Part shown: positions 15,645-23,020 of the stretch, piece by piece
Position numbering within the stretch: the first letter of the stretch is position 1
Layout: the number at the start of each line of letters is the position of its first letter
Source: a virus
DNA length: 48,852 nt
Reading direction: 5' to 3' (one strand)
Virus record (IMG/VR): IMGVR_UViG_3300010399_000003
Location: 1-48,852 of that record
Program-made: the position numbers and the translations under genes
Notes under the pieces: model-generated
Databases searched by the model: none
The model's input: only the letters and a program-made list of their open reading frames with translations
What the model was told of the DNA's origin: nothing

Positions 15645-16212
15645 AATGCTCAAAGCTGGGATGGAGCTCATGGCTCGGTGGTGTGCCCTGAATGGCGTCG
15701 CTCAGCCACGAGTGGAAATCTACGAGGGTCGGGAAACGGATTTCGGAGTCTGCGCTTACTATCGCGACGACGTGATTCACATCTGGCCCGACGCCTGTGC
15801 CCACGTGGGTTATGGTGGTCGGGCCTGGTCTTATCCTGGTTACGTCGTCGACCGAACGCCCTACGGCGTTATCCAGCACGAACTTGGTCATCACGTCGAC
15901 GACGCGGCTGGTTCACGTGGTGGTCGGGTGGCTCATCGATGGCGTGCGGCGACGAAAGAAGAACCGCTGACCGGCTATTGTCCAAACAATAATGAGTGGT
16001 TCGCCGAGATGTTTCGGCTCTTCGTCACAAATCCGGAACTGCTCAGTCTGGTTCGGCCGCGCACTCATCATCTCATGCAGATGGAGTGGCCGCACCCGGT
16101 TGAAACCCGTCGATGGCAGGACGTGCTGAATCACACCGAGCGGCAAGTGAACGCCGCGTGGAACAAGATTTCCAATGTTCAACGAAAGGAAGTGCAAGAT
16201 GGACTCTTCTAA
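15625..16212 (+). CDS. putative zinc metallopeptidase-like protein (HExxH)
   Basis: GTG start after GGAGG. The only recognisable signature is VIQHELGHHVDD. Confidence 0.5.
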   Translation: MKFTRPEMLKAGMELMARWCALNGVAQPRVEIYEGRETDFGVCAYYRDDVIHIWPDACAHVGYGGRAWSYPGYVVDRTPYGVIQHELGHHVDDAAGSRGGRVAHRWRAATKEEPLTGYCPNNNEWFAEMFRLFVTNPELLSLVRPRTHHLMQMEWPHPVETRRWQDVLNHTERQVNAAWNKISNVQRKEVQDGLF

Positions 16213-16408
16213 GTTCATTCATGACTTGATGAAGTTACCAACGCTGCCTGAGGCCGAGCGGAATGCGCGGCTCGGTCCGTGCCCGTGGTGCCCGAATTTC
16301 GACAAGAACGACCCGGCGAATAAGAACAAGTCGCACACGATGTGCATCGTCTGCGAGCATACCCTGAACAAGCAGCTCGCTGAAAAGGAGCACGGCAATG
16401 GCCGCTAG
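16175..16408 (+). CDS. hypothetical Cys-containing small protein
   Basis: CPWCP...CIVCEH. ATG 16175 sits in a 15-nt string ATTTCCAATGTTCAA identical to the start region of gene 22284. The alternative start 16199 has a better SD (AAGGAAG). Confidence 0.5.
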   Translation: MFNERKCKMDSSKFIHDLMKLPTLPEAERNARLGPCPWCPNFDKNDPANKNKSHTMCIVCEHTLNKQLAEKEHGNGR

Positions 16409-17342
16409 CCTCTTGGACAATCTCGAACCGACAATCACGCCAACGGAGCCGATGCTGGCTGCGCCAGAAAGCCAGCTGTGCGTGGAGGACTGGACGGCGT
16501 GGGCAATTGAACGGAAGTACGATGGTCATCGGATGATCATCTATCGGATCGGGAAATCCGAGCTCCACGTCTTTGCGCGACCGACTGGCGACGGTCGCAT
16601 GATTGAACGGACGAGCAAGCTCCCGGCGGAATTGATTCAGGAGCTGAAGAAGTTGCCGCCGTCGGTGACGGATGGCGAACTGCTTGGTGGCGATACGGGC
16701 ACCGACGTCACGCGGAAGGACCTCGCACACAACCTGTCGATGGTGATCTTCGACTTGCTGGAGGTCGATGGCATCGATTGGAAGAACGAACAATATGATT
16801 TCCGCCGGCAAGGATTGGTCGAGATCTTCAATCGGCTCAAGTTGAACCCGTCACGAGTGCAGCTGGCGGAATCACACTTGCTGCGGAGCGAAGGTGACGC
16901 GTTGAAATTTGTTCAGCGTGTCTTCAAAGAAAACGGCGAGGGAGCCATTCTGAAATTCCGGCGCGGTCGCTACCTGCCTGGCAAGCGGAAGAAAGAACTG
17001 TGGGTCAAGATCAAGCGCAAGGAAAGCGCGGCGCTGCCGATTGTCGGTTTCGAACCATCACGTGGCGAGGTGCGGTTTCCTGGTCACCCGTTTGCAATCG
17101 TCAGGTTGATGGATGACGACGGCAACGAAACTACGTGTAAGACGAAGACCGATGAGGAATTGGCGAAATTCGTCGCGCTCTGGCAGAAGAAATTTCCAAC
17201 GGTGCCGCTGAATCAGGTGACGGTGGAGATGGCGAAAAAACACCCAGCGGTCGGACGGTTGTTGCGCATTGAGTTTCCACGTCGCACTCGAACTGGTGGC
17301 TATCAGGGTCCGGTCATCTGGGATCGATGGGAAGACGAGTAG
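16398..17342 (+). CDS. ATP-dependent DNA ligase
   Basis: Adenylation motif I ERKYDGHRM (KxDG), then DGELL, VIFDLLEVDG, GEGAILKF, WVKIKR in the canonical motif I-V order. Confidence 0.85.
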   Translation: MAASLLDNLEPTITPTEPMLAAPESQLCVEDWTAWAIERKYDGHRMIIYRIGKSELHVFARPTGDGRMIERTSKLPAELIQELKKLPPSVTDGELLGGDTGTDVTRKDLAHNLSMVIFDLLEVDGIDWKNEQYDFRRQGLVEIFNRLKLNPSRVQLAESHLLRSEGDALKFVQRVFKENGEGAILKFRRGRYLPGKRKKELWVKIKRKESAALPIVGFEPSRGEVRFPGHPFAIVRLMDDDGNETTCKTKTDEELAKFVALWQKKFPTVPLNQVTVEMAKKHPAVGRLLRIEFPRRTRTGGYQGPVIWDRWEDE

Positions 17343-17416
17343 GATCTAGAAACCGTGGCCGACGATTTCCAAAGTTAGGTCGCGGTCGCCGGAATGAACC
17401 GGCCTGAGGAGGGTCC
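17342..17416 (+). ncRNA. type II hammerhead-like ribozyme motif, copy 3
   Basis: Stem II GGATCT (17342-47, starting inside the TAG stop) pairs with GGGTCC (17411-16). A, then GAAA (17349-52). Stem III ACCGTGGCC/GGTCGCGGT (17352-60 / 17378-86, two G.U) with GATTTCCAAA in the loop. H17 = C17387 (GUC). Stem I GCCGG-AATGAA-CCGGC (17388-403). Core CTGAGGA (17404-10). Confidence 0.75.
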
Positions 17417-17417
17417 G

Positions 17418-17879
17418 TTGGCGAAGGATGATTTCGTGACTCGTGGGTTGAAGTCGATGGCGAAACGCGAATCGGCGAAGAAGAAAGGAGCGACTCGGCG
17501 GCGGCGTGACTGGTCGGCGACTGACGCGATGGTGGCAGCGCGAAAGCCTCTGATCAAATCAGGAACTGTGTTTTCTGAATCGGAGCAGGAGGCGATTCGA
17601 AGTGCGGCGCGACGTGTGTGGGATGAATGTGGGTATGACTGTTTGCTCGCGACGGCCGACGAAGAAGGTAAGCCGGTCGAGCGTGTATCAATCAGTCGGG
17701 ATCAAGTCATCGAGATTGCACTCGATGCGGGACGAGCCGAACACTTCTTGCAGCGGGACCTGAAGAAAGGTTCGTCCGTGGTCACGGCGGAATTCATGAA
17801 GCGGTATCAGGCTGCGAAATATGACGAACTCATCGCAGTCGTGAAGCCGGCATTTCCATTCGAACGATACGGGTTGTAA
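17418..17879 (+). CDS. hypothetical protein
   Basis: TTG 17418 sits where the other ribozyme-linked genes start. The track start ATG 17394 lies inside the stem I loop, in frame, and cannot be excluded. Confidence 0.5.
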   Translation: MAKDDFVTRGLKSMAKRESAKKKGATRRRRDWSATDAMVAARKPLIKSGTVFSESEQEAIRSAARRVWDECGYDCLLATADEEGKPVERVSISRDQVIEIALDAGRAEHFLQRDLKKGSSVVTAEFMKRYQAAKYDELIAVVKPAFPFERYGL

Positions 17880-17891
17880 AGGAGCGTGCTC

Positions 17892-18236
17892 ATGTCCGGA
17901 GAGATGAAGAATGAATTGGTCAAGTTCGTGTGTGGCGTTGAAGATCACGTCCTGCACGTCTCCATCTATCGCGGGAAGAAGGACATCCACACGATGTGCA
18001 AGTGGAAGACCCCGGATGGGAAGACCAAGACCGGGTGCCGGGCATATTTCGAGCTCCACGAGGTGGACGAAGCACAGAAAGCGTTCAAGAAGCTGCTGAA
18101 GGAGGCGGAAGAGCAGGGTTGGAAGGTGCTGGAGAAGACGCAGCGGTCGACCGGCTTCAACTCGATCCCGGCTGCACCGAAACCGGCATCGTCCAGGGTG
18201 AGCCAGCTGGCCACTCCAGCGTCGGGCAAGAAGTAG
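17892..18236 (+). CDS. hypothetical protein
   Basis: ATG 17892 lies 7 nt after AAAGGAG. Confidence 0.55.
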   Translation: MSGEMKNELVKFVCGVEDHVLHVSIYRGKKDIHTMCKWKTPDGKTKTGCRAYFELHEVDEAQKAFKKLLKEAEEQGWKVLEKTQRSTGFNSIPAAPKPASSRVSQLATPASGKK

Positions 18237-18317
18237 GATCTAGAAACGCGGGAGGGCGGACAAATAGGGTCCGCCCTCCGGAGTCGTCGCCGGAATGAAC
18301 CGGCCTGAAGAGGATCC
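18236..18317 (+). ncRNA. type II hammerhead-like ribozyme motif, copy 4
   Basis: Stem II GGATCT (18236-41, overlapping the TAG) pairs with GGATCC (18312-17). A, then GAAA (18243-46). Stem III is ACG/CGT (18246-48 / 18285-87) plus an 11-bp distal helix GGAGGGCGGAC/GTCCGCCCTCC (18251-61 / 18269-79). H17 = C18288 (GUC). Stem I GCCGG-AATGAA-CCGGC (18289-304). Core CTGAAGA (18305-11). Confidence 0.75.
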
Positions 18318-18319
18318 GT

Positions 18320-18784
18320 ATGTCACGAAAGTTGCCGGAACGTTTTCTCAAGTCTGATGGCGAGTCGTTCTGCTCGGTCTGCGACAAGGTCCGAGCGCTC
18401 TGCCGGATGTGCGATCGGTGTCGCGAGCACTGTGAGTGCCCTGAATCATGCGAAGTCTGCGGTGGTCTGACCGGTCCGTTGGCCAGTGCAGTCGCCGACG
18501 TCCAAAAGTTAGAAGTCTGCGGCTGCGTCGATTGCATCATCTGTGGTGAGAAGACTCATCGGGATTACGCGGATTACGGATACGGCCTGACGGAAGAAGA
18601 GGCGTTCGAGAACTCGGGAACGACTGCCACGGCAGTCTGCGAAAAGTGCGTGGCGAAAGGCAAGACTCCGCCGCCGGCAAGTCAGCGTGGGTTTGGCACG
18701 GTAGAACCGCATCGGTGCCCGGAATGCGGTGGTGCGCTCGGTGATTGGGGTTGCGTGACAGTCGGTTGTAACGGAGGACGATGA
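18320..18784 (+). CDS. cysteine-rich multi-zinc-finger-like protein
   Basis: About 25 Cys in 154 aa, arranged as CxxC pairs (CSVC, CRMCDRC, CEVC, CIIC, CEKC, CPEC). Starts just after ribozyme copy 4. Confidence 0.6.
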   Translation: MSRKLPERFLKSDGESFCSVCDKVRALCRMCDRCREHCECPESCEVCGGLTGPLASAVADVQKLEVCGCVDCIICGEKTHRDYADYGYGLTEEEAFENSGTTATAVCEKCVAKGKTPPPASQRGFGTVEPHRCPECGGALGDWGCVTVGCNGGR

Positions 18785-19068
18785 TGGAAATGTTCAAGCT
18801 GCGTATCACGAATGTCGATATGGATGGCTACTGCGGCCGAACACACCACCCGGCGAAAAGCGACGAGGGCCTCGTGGTCGTTCCGTTGGGCATGGACGGG
18901 TGCTGGGCCGGTGAGTCATCCTACAATCCGTTGCTTGACGGTGGTCAAGCGGCGAGCGTCAAGCAGGGTTTGGATCAGGAATGGCATGAAATCTGCTGGA
19001 CCTGTCTGACCGAAGACGGCCGCACGCTCGAGCTCATGAACCATGAAGTGGAGCTCGTCCATGGCTGA
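18781..19068 (+). CDS. hypothetical protein
   Basis: ATGA overlap. Confidence 0.5.
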   Translation: MMEMFKLRITNVDMDGYCGRTHHPAKSDEGLVVVPLGMDGCWAGESSYNPLLDGGQAASVKQGLDQEWHEICWTCLTEDGRTLELMNHEVELVHG

Positions 19069-19318
19069 AGAACGTCGCACACCGCAAACAATCGAATTGG
19101 ATTGTCCTCCTGGCGATCCGCGGCCCGGTGATCTCATTGAACAAGTCATTGAGGGCACCGGTCTGCCGCTGCGCGACGCGGTCAGCCGGTTCTTCGGCAA
19201 CTGGACGTGGAATTACGAAGATGTTTCCCACGAGAAGTGGATGGAAATCCGTCCGATCTTAAAGCAGCGCATTACCGCGCTCTACGAGTCTGGCAAAATT
19301 CGATACGGGAGTTGGTGA
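19061..19318 (+). CDS. hypothetical protein
   Basis: Internal ATG overlapping the upstream stop by 8 nt. Confidence 0.5.
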   Translation: MAEERRTPQTIELDCPPGDPRPGDLIEQVIEGTGLPLRDAVSRFFGNWTWNYEDVSHEKWMEIRPILKQRITALYESGKIRYGSW

Positions 19319-19521
19319 TGGCGAATCGTTACGAAGTGGTTGTCGGCAACGTCGGAACGGTATATGATGGGTCGAGTCTGGATGCGACGTTGAAAGTGTT
19401 CAAGGAATACCAAGACCAATCGAAGAGCGGCGTCGGTCGTGCAGCCGGCGAGGATGTCACGGTGCTGAAGAATGGCACCGTGCGTTGGGATTACGATGGT
19501 AAAAGTCGGAGGCTTCGCTAA
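19318..19521 (+). CDS. hypothetical protein
   Basis: TGATG overlap. Confidence 0.5.
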   Translation: MANRYEVVVGNVGTVYDGSSLDATLKVFKEYQDQSKSGVGRAAGEDVTVLKNGTVRWDYDGKSRRLR

Positions 19522-19817
19522 TGCCTATCGAACATAACAAGAGCGGAAGCACGACGCTCACCGGCGACTCAATCGATTTCTTCCGGCTGGCTATGCTCAA
19601 GTCGGCGGTCGGCTTGGAGTTGAAAGGGATTCGCGTGACGCGCGGTCCGGTCGTCTGGAAGCGGGTCAAGAACGAATTCAACCTGAAAGCCAAAACCAAA
19701 AAGGAAGTCTATCAGTGGCTCTGCGCCGAGGTCGAACGGTTGAAGGCGTTGCAAGAGCACGTGGTTCACGAAGACGGTCGGGTCAAGCGCGAAGTCGGCG
19801 GGAAGGAGATTCAGTGA
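19521..19817 (+). CDS. hypothetical protein
   Basis: TAATG overlap. Confidence 0.5.
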   Translation: MPIEHNKSGSTTLTGDSIDFFRLAMLKSAVGLELKGIRVTRGPVVWKRVKNEFNLKAKTKKEVYQWLCAEVERLKALQEHVVHEDGRVKREVGGKEIQ

Positions 19818-19876
19818 AATTGAAGAAGCAGTTGGATCGGCTCAGTCGGCCAATCAAGATCTATTGAGCGGTCCGA

Positions 19877-20095
19877 GTGGCCTTCGGTCGGAAGGTCCCA
19901 AACGGATGGCTCCCGGTGTTCAGTGTGGACACGGTGGCTGAGGCGCGTCGGCTGATTACGTTGGCCTGTCCGATGGATGACAGCGGCAACTACTATGCTC
20001 GAGAACTTGCCGAAGAACAGACGCTCGACAACTTGCAGAAGTTCGGCGATAAGTTGGCGCTGGCTTATGCGCATATGAAGAGGATGAATCCATGA
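19877..20095 (+). CDS. hypothetical protein
   Basis: GTG start from the track; weak RBS. Confidence 0.4.
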   Translation: MAFGRKVPNGWLPVFSVDTVAEARRLITLACPMDDSGNYYARELAEEQTLDNLQKFGDKLALAYAHMKRMNP

Positions 20096-20556
20096 ACATC
20101 ACGCACGCCGACCACGGGTTGGCTCCTGAACACCTCGCGTTTATTCAGCAGTGCATTCTCGATCATACGGAGCAACTGGGTTTGACCGGCTTCCTCCTGA
20201 CCACCGTGACAATGCCGGATTGGTTGCCGACGCTCGACTGTGGGTTGCATGGTCCGCGGATGGGTGATCCGGTGGTTCCGGAAAACGACGTCTTCTACCA
20301 TGTCCGTGGTTCCCGAAAGTGGGCGTCTCGGTTGTGCGACCGTCCGGCCCGACCGAGTCATCAGATGACGATCATCGCGGCGCTGGATGTGTCACTGAAA
20401 ACGGTCAACGTCATCACGGCATTCGGCGGTCCGTTGGCGCCGAAAGAACCCGGCGATCCGACGTTGATGACGATGGATGAAATTCTCGAATCGCGGAAGT
20501 TCTGGTCCGAGCACGCGCTCAGTGGTGCTCGCTTTGGAGATGGAGGACGAGCGTAA
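20092..20556 (+). CDS. hypothetical protein
   Basis: ATGA overlap. Confidence 0.55.
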   Translation: MNITHADHGLAPEHLAFIQQCILDHTEQLGLTGFLLTTVTMPDWLPTLDCGLHGPRMGDPVVPENDVFYHVRGSRKWASRLCDRPARPSHQMTIIAALDVSLKTVNVITAFGGPLAPKEPGDPTLMTMDEILESRKFWSEHALSGARFGDGGRA

Positions 20557-20756
20557 TGGAAAACGTGAAGCGACCCACGGTCAAACTTGTCGGTGCCGAC
20601 GGCAACGTGTTCAACATCATCGCGCTGTGTAAGGTCGCGGCGCGCAAATCGGGATGGACGAAAGAGAAAATCGATGCGCTGGTTCAGGATCTGATGCACA
20701 GTCGCGATTACGACGACGTCTTGGGCAAGGTCATGGAACAATTCGACGTGGAGTAG
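20556..20756 (+). CDS. hypothetical protein
   Basis: TAATG overlap. Confidence 0.5.
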   Translation: MENVKRPTVKLVGADGNVFNIIALCKVAARKSGWTKEKIDALVQDLMHSRDYDDVLGKVMEQFDVE

Positions 20757-20759
20757 ACA

Positions 20760-20777
20760 GATTTCCAAACTTAGGTC
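20760..20777 (+). promoter_or_regulatory. GATTTCCAAACTTAGGTC motif copy (function unknown)
   Basis: Exact 18-mer shared with 13681-13698. Lies between the stop at 20756 and ATG 20782. Confidence 0.4.
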
Positions 20778-20781
20778 AATC

Positions 20782-21051
20782 ATGATGAAAAAGATTTTCT
20801 TCCTCGCGGCTGGCGCCGGATTCATGGCGCTGGCCATCGCGACCTGTGTGCAGGGAACACAGCAAGCATCACAATTACAGGCGGAGAAGCCGACGGTCGT
20901 GGTGCCGGATTGGCGACTGGTCGGCACTTTGGAAAACAGCGCAGGGCAACCAGCTGTCGCGCTGTGGTTCAATCGCCTCACGCGCACATGCTTGGCTGTC
21001 GGTGTTGATGGGACGGTGACGAAATTGTGGGATAGTGATTGTGAGGAGTAA
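20782..21051 (+). CDS. secreted or lipoprotein-like small protein
   Basis: N-terminal signal-like MMKKIFFLAAGAGFMALAIATC with Cys after the hydrophobic core. The lipobox is imperfect. Confidence 0.5.
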   Translation: MMKKIFFLAAGAGFMALAIATCVQGTQQASQLQAEKPTVVVPDWRLVGTLENSAGQPAVALWFNRLTRTCLAVGVDGTVTKLWDSDCEE

Positions 21052-21264
21052 ATGCTGAATCTGACTATCGGTGCCACTTACATCGTCCGACCAGGTGATC
21101 ACTTCGAGTTAGTGCTGCCGGATGGCACGACGCTGAGTGTCGAGCAAACGCAAGATGACTTTTCCATCATTCATACGAATGACGAAGTCGCGTATCGCAC
21201 GCCGACGAGTCAATTCGCGAAAGAGAACGAAGCAGATCAACCGCGTGTGACGGGTCGGAAGTAG
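21052..21264 (+). CDS. hypothetical protein
   Basis: ATG immediately after the upstream TAA. Confidence 0.5.
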   Translation: MLNLTIGATYIVRPGDHFELVLPDGTTLSVEQTQDDFSIIHTNDEVAYRTPTSQFAKENEADQPRVTGRK

Positions 21265-21324
21265 GAGCTAGAAAGGTGGTCATCGTGACCACCTCGCCCG
21301 AATCAACGGGCCTGAGGAGGTTCC
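21264..21324 (+). ncRNA. type II hammerhead-like ribozyme motif, copy 5
   Basis: Stem II GGAGCT (21264-69, overlapping the TAG) pairs with GGTTCC (21319-24). A, then GAAA (21271-74). Stem III AGGTGGTCA-TCG-TGACCACCT (21274-94). H17 = C21295 (CUC). Stem I GCCCG-AATCAA-CGGGC (21296-311). Core CTGAGGA (21312-18). Confidence 0.8.
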
Positions 21325-21327
21325 TGC

Positions 21328-21618
21328 ATGGAAGTGGGACAGTTCATGAAGTTGGAAGGATACGATCAGGTGGCGAAGGCCCAGACGGATTATGGGTTCG
21401 TCGGTGTCTATTCCAACAACCACAATTTCCTCTTCGTCGTGACGGTCGAAGAGGAAGCGATGAGCGATGGGGAGGGCATTCACGGCCGCGTCGAAGGTGA
21501 GTATCCGTATCACAGCGACGATGAGCAGGGCGCGGCGGAAATCAGTGGTTGGCGCGATGCGTATGAAAAGGCGCTCATGCAGTTGGTCCAATTGACGATG
21601 AGGTTCACCCATGAGTGA
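21328..21618 (+). CDS. hypothetical acidic protein
   Basis: ATG follows ribozyme copy 5 (GAGG, then an 8-nt spacer). Confidence 0.55.
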   Translation: MEVGQFMKLEGYDQVAKAQTDYGFVGVYSNNHNFLFVVTVEEEAMSDGEGIHGRVEGEYPYHSDDEQGAAEISGWRDAYEKALMQLVQLTMRFTHE

Positions 21619-21844
21619 GCAGAAATCGGTGACAGAATCCGAGCGTCGCACGTTAGGACTCGTCATGGCGCTGCTCGAGACGATCAAGGAAACCGGAGCA
21701 CAAGGCGCGCCATCCGGTGTGTGCTATACGGCGTTCATGATGCACGGTATATCCTACGTCGAATATCTGAAACTCGTCGATATCGCGTTGCGGACCGGCA
21801 AGGTCCGTCAGTCCGCCAACTGTTTCTATTGGATTGGAGAATAA
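21611..21844 (+). CDS. hypothetical protein
   Basis: Overlaps the upstream stop by 8 nt. Confidence 0.5.
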   Translation: MSEQKSVTESERRTLGLVMALLETIKETGAQGAPSGVCYTAFMMHGISYVEYLKLVDIALRTGKVRQSANCFYWIGE

Positions 21845-21846
21845 TC

Positions 21847-22272
21847 ATGTCAAAGCCGATGCTGAACCTCAAGATTAACGTGAAGGAAGAGAACGTCAAT
21901 CGCGCCTGCACGCGGAACTCGCACTGCTGCATGATCGCCGACGCCGTTCGGGATCGTCTGAAGTGGGCGACGTTCATCGAAGTAGATGCACAGTCGATTC
22001 GCTTCAACGATCGGAAGAAAGGCATCCGCTACATCTACCTGACTCCACCGGAAGCACAGAAAGCCATCGTGCTCTTCGACCAGGGAGTCAAAGTCAAGCC
22101 GTTCAGCTTCCACCTGTCACAGGGATTCATGAAGACGCGGGTGATGCGAGCACGTCAGAAGAAAGCGAAGAAGACGTCGCGCGAATACAAGAAGGCGAAT
22201 CCGACGAAGAAGTCGACGAAGCGGACTCCGGCGTTCATTCGGCAGTTCGGTCTCCGCGGTCTGACCAAGTAG
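21847..22272 (+). CDS. hypothetical protein with Lys-rich C-terminal tail
   Basis: ATG 21847 follows GGAGA. C-terminal tail RARQKKAKKTSREYKKANPTKKSTKR. Confidence 0.55.
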   Translation: MSKPMLNLKINVKEENVNRACTRNSHCCMIADAVRDRLKWATFIEVDAQSIRFNDRKKGIRYIYLTPPEAQKAIVLFDQGVKVKPFSFHLSQGFMKTRVMRARQKKAKKTSREYKKANPTKKSTKRTPAFIRQFGLRGLTK

Positions 22273-22283
22273 GAGCATTTCCA

Positions 22284-22787
22284 ATGTTCAATCAGTGCAC
22301 CTGCGTGATGCTCGATGCTCCGGTCGACGACATCCCATGCGAATTTTGCGCGACGATGATCTGGGCAGCGGAACTCGAAGCGAAGATCAAGGCGCTACCG
22401 ACTCATGACGATCTGGAAGACGCGAAGATGGATCGTTCTGAGATTGAGGACGCGGTTGATGACGTCCTCAAGGACAGTTACGTCAAGGAAGAAGATCTCG
22501 AAACCGAGTTCGAACGATACATCAAGGACATCGACCTCGTTGACCGAGAAGATCTGAACGACTACGTGCTCGACTCGGAACTCGAAGAGAAGATCAGCGA
22601 AGCGCTGAACGATACCGATCTCGTGCGCGATGTGGCGGCTGGCGCGGCGGAAGGCGCGATGCGTAATCTGAATCGCTTCGCGACGAAACAGGAAGTCGTC
22701 GACATCGCGCTCGAAACGCTCAAGACGGCAATCCAAAATATGCCGTTCTGGACACGGCTTCGTTTGCTGTTTGGGCGGTCGGCATGA
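22284..22787 (+). CDS. highly acidic hypothetical protein
   Basis: ATG 22284 follows TAGGAGC. The central ~110 aa are dominated by Asp/Glu with recurring D-L/E-L spacing. Confidence 0.55.
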   Translation: MFNQCTCVMLDAPVDDIPCEFCATMIWAAELEAKIKALPTHDDLEDAKMDRSEIEDAVDDVLKDSYVKEEDLETEFERYIKDIDLVDREDLNDYVLDSELEEKISEALNDTDLVRDVAAGAAEGAMRNLNRFATKQEVVDIALETLKTAIQNMPFWTRLRLLFGRSA

Positions 22788-23020
22788 TCGAGAAATTTTC
22801 GGTCTGCCAGTGGTTCGACGACGGTCAGTACGATTACGAACTTCGCTACGTTCCTCTAGAACGAGCAGTCACGCGCGCCATGGGGATCGCCCACAGTGTG
22901 GGCGGTCGCCTTGGCACAACCGTCCGAGTCATCATCACTGATGGTGATGACTCGATTGTTTGGGAATGGAAACATGGTGAGGGCATTGTGTTCCCACCGG
23001 AACTGAAAGGTGCCCACTAA
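22784..23020 (+). CDS. hypothetical protein
   Basis: ATGA overlap. Confidence 0.5.
   Translation: MIEKFSVCQWFDDGQYDYELRYVPLERAVTRAMGIAHSVGGRLGTTVRVIITDGDDSIVWEWKHGEGIVFPPELKGAH

Noticed and set aside
16215-16811. 198-aa - strand ORF overlapping the DNA ligase gene
   Set aside because: It is a shadow ORF opposite a gene with clear ligase motifs.
20361-21077. 238-aa - strand ORF
   Set aside because: It is antisense to three coupled + strand genes (20092, 20556, 20782). The composition is implausible and no motif is present.
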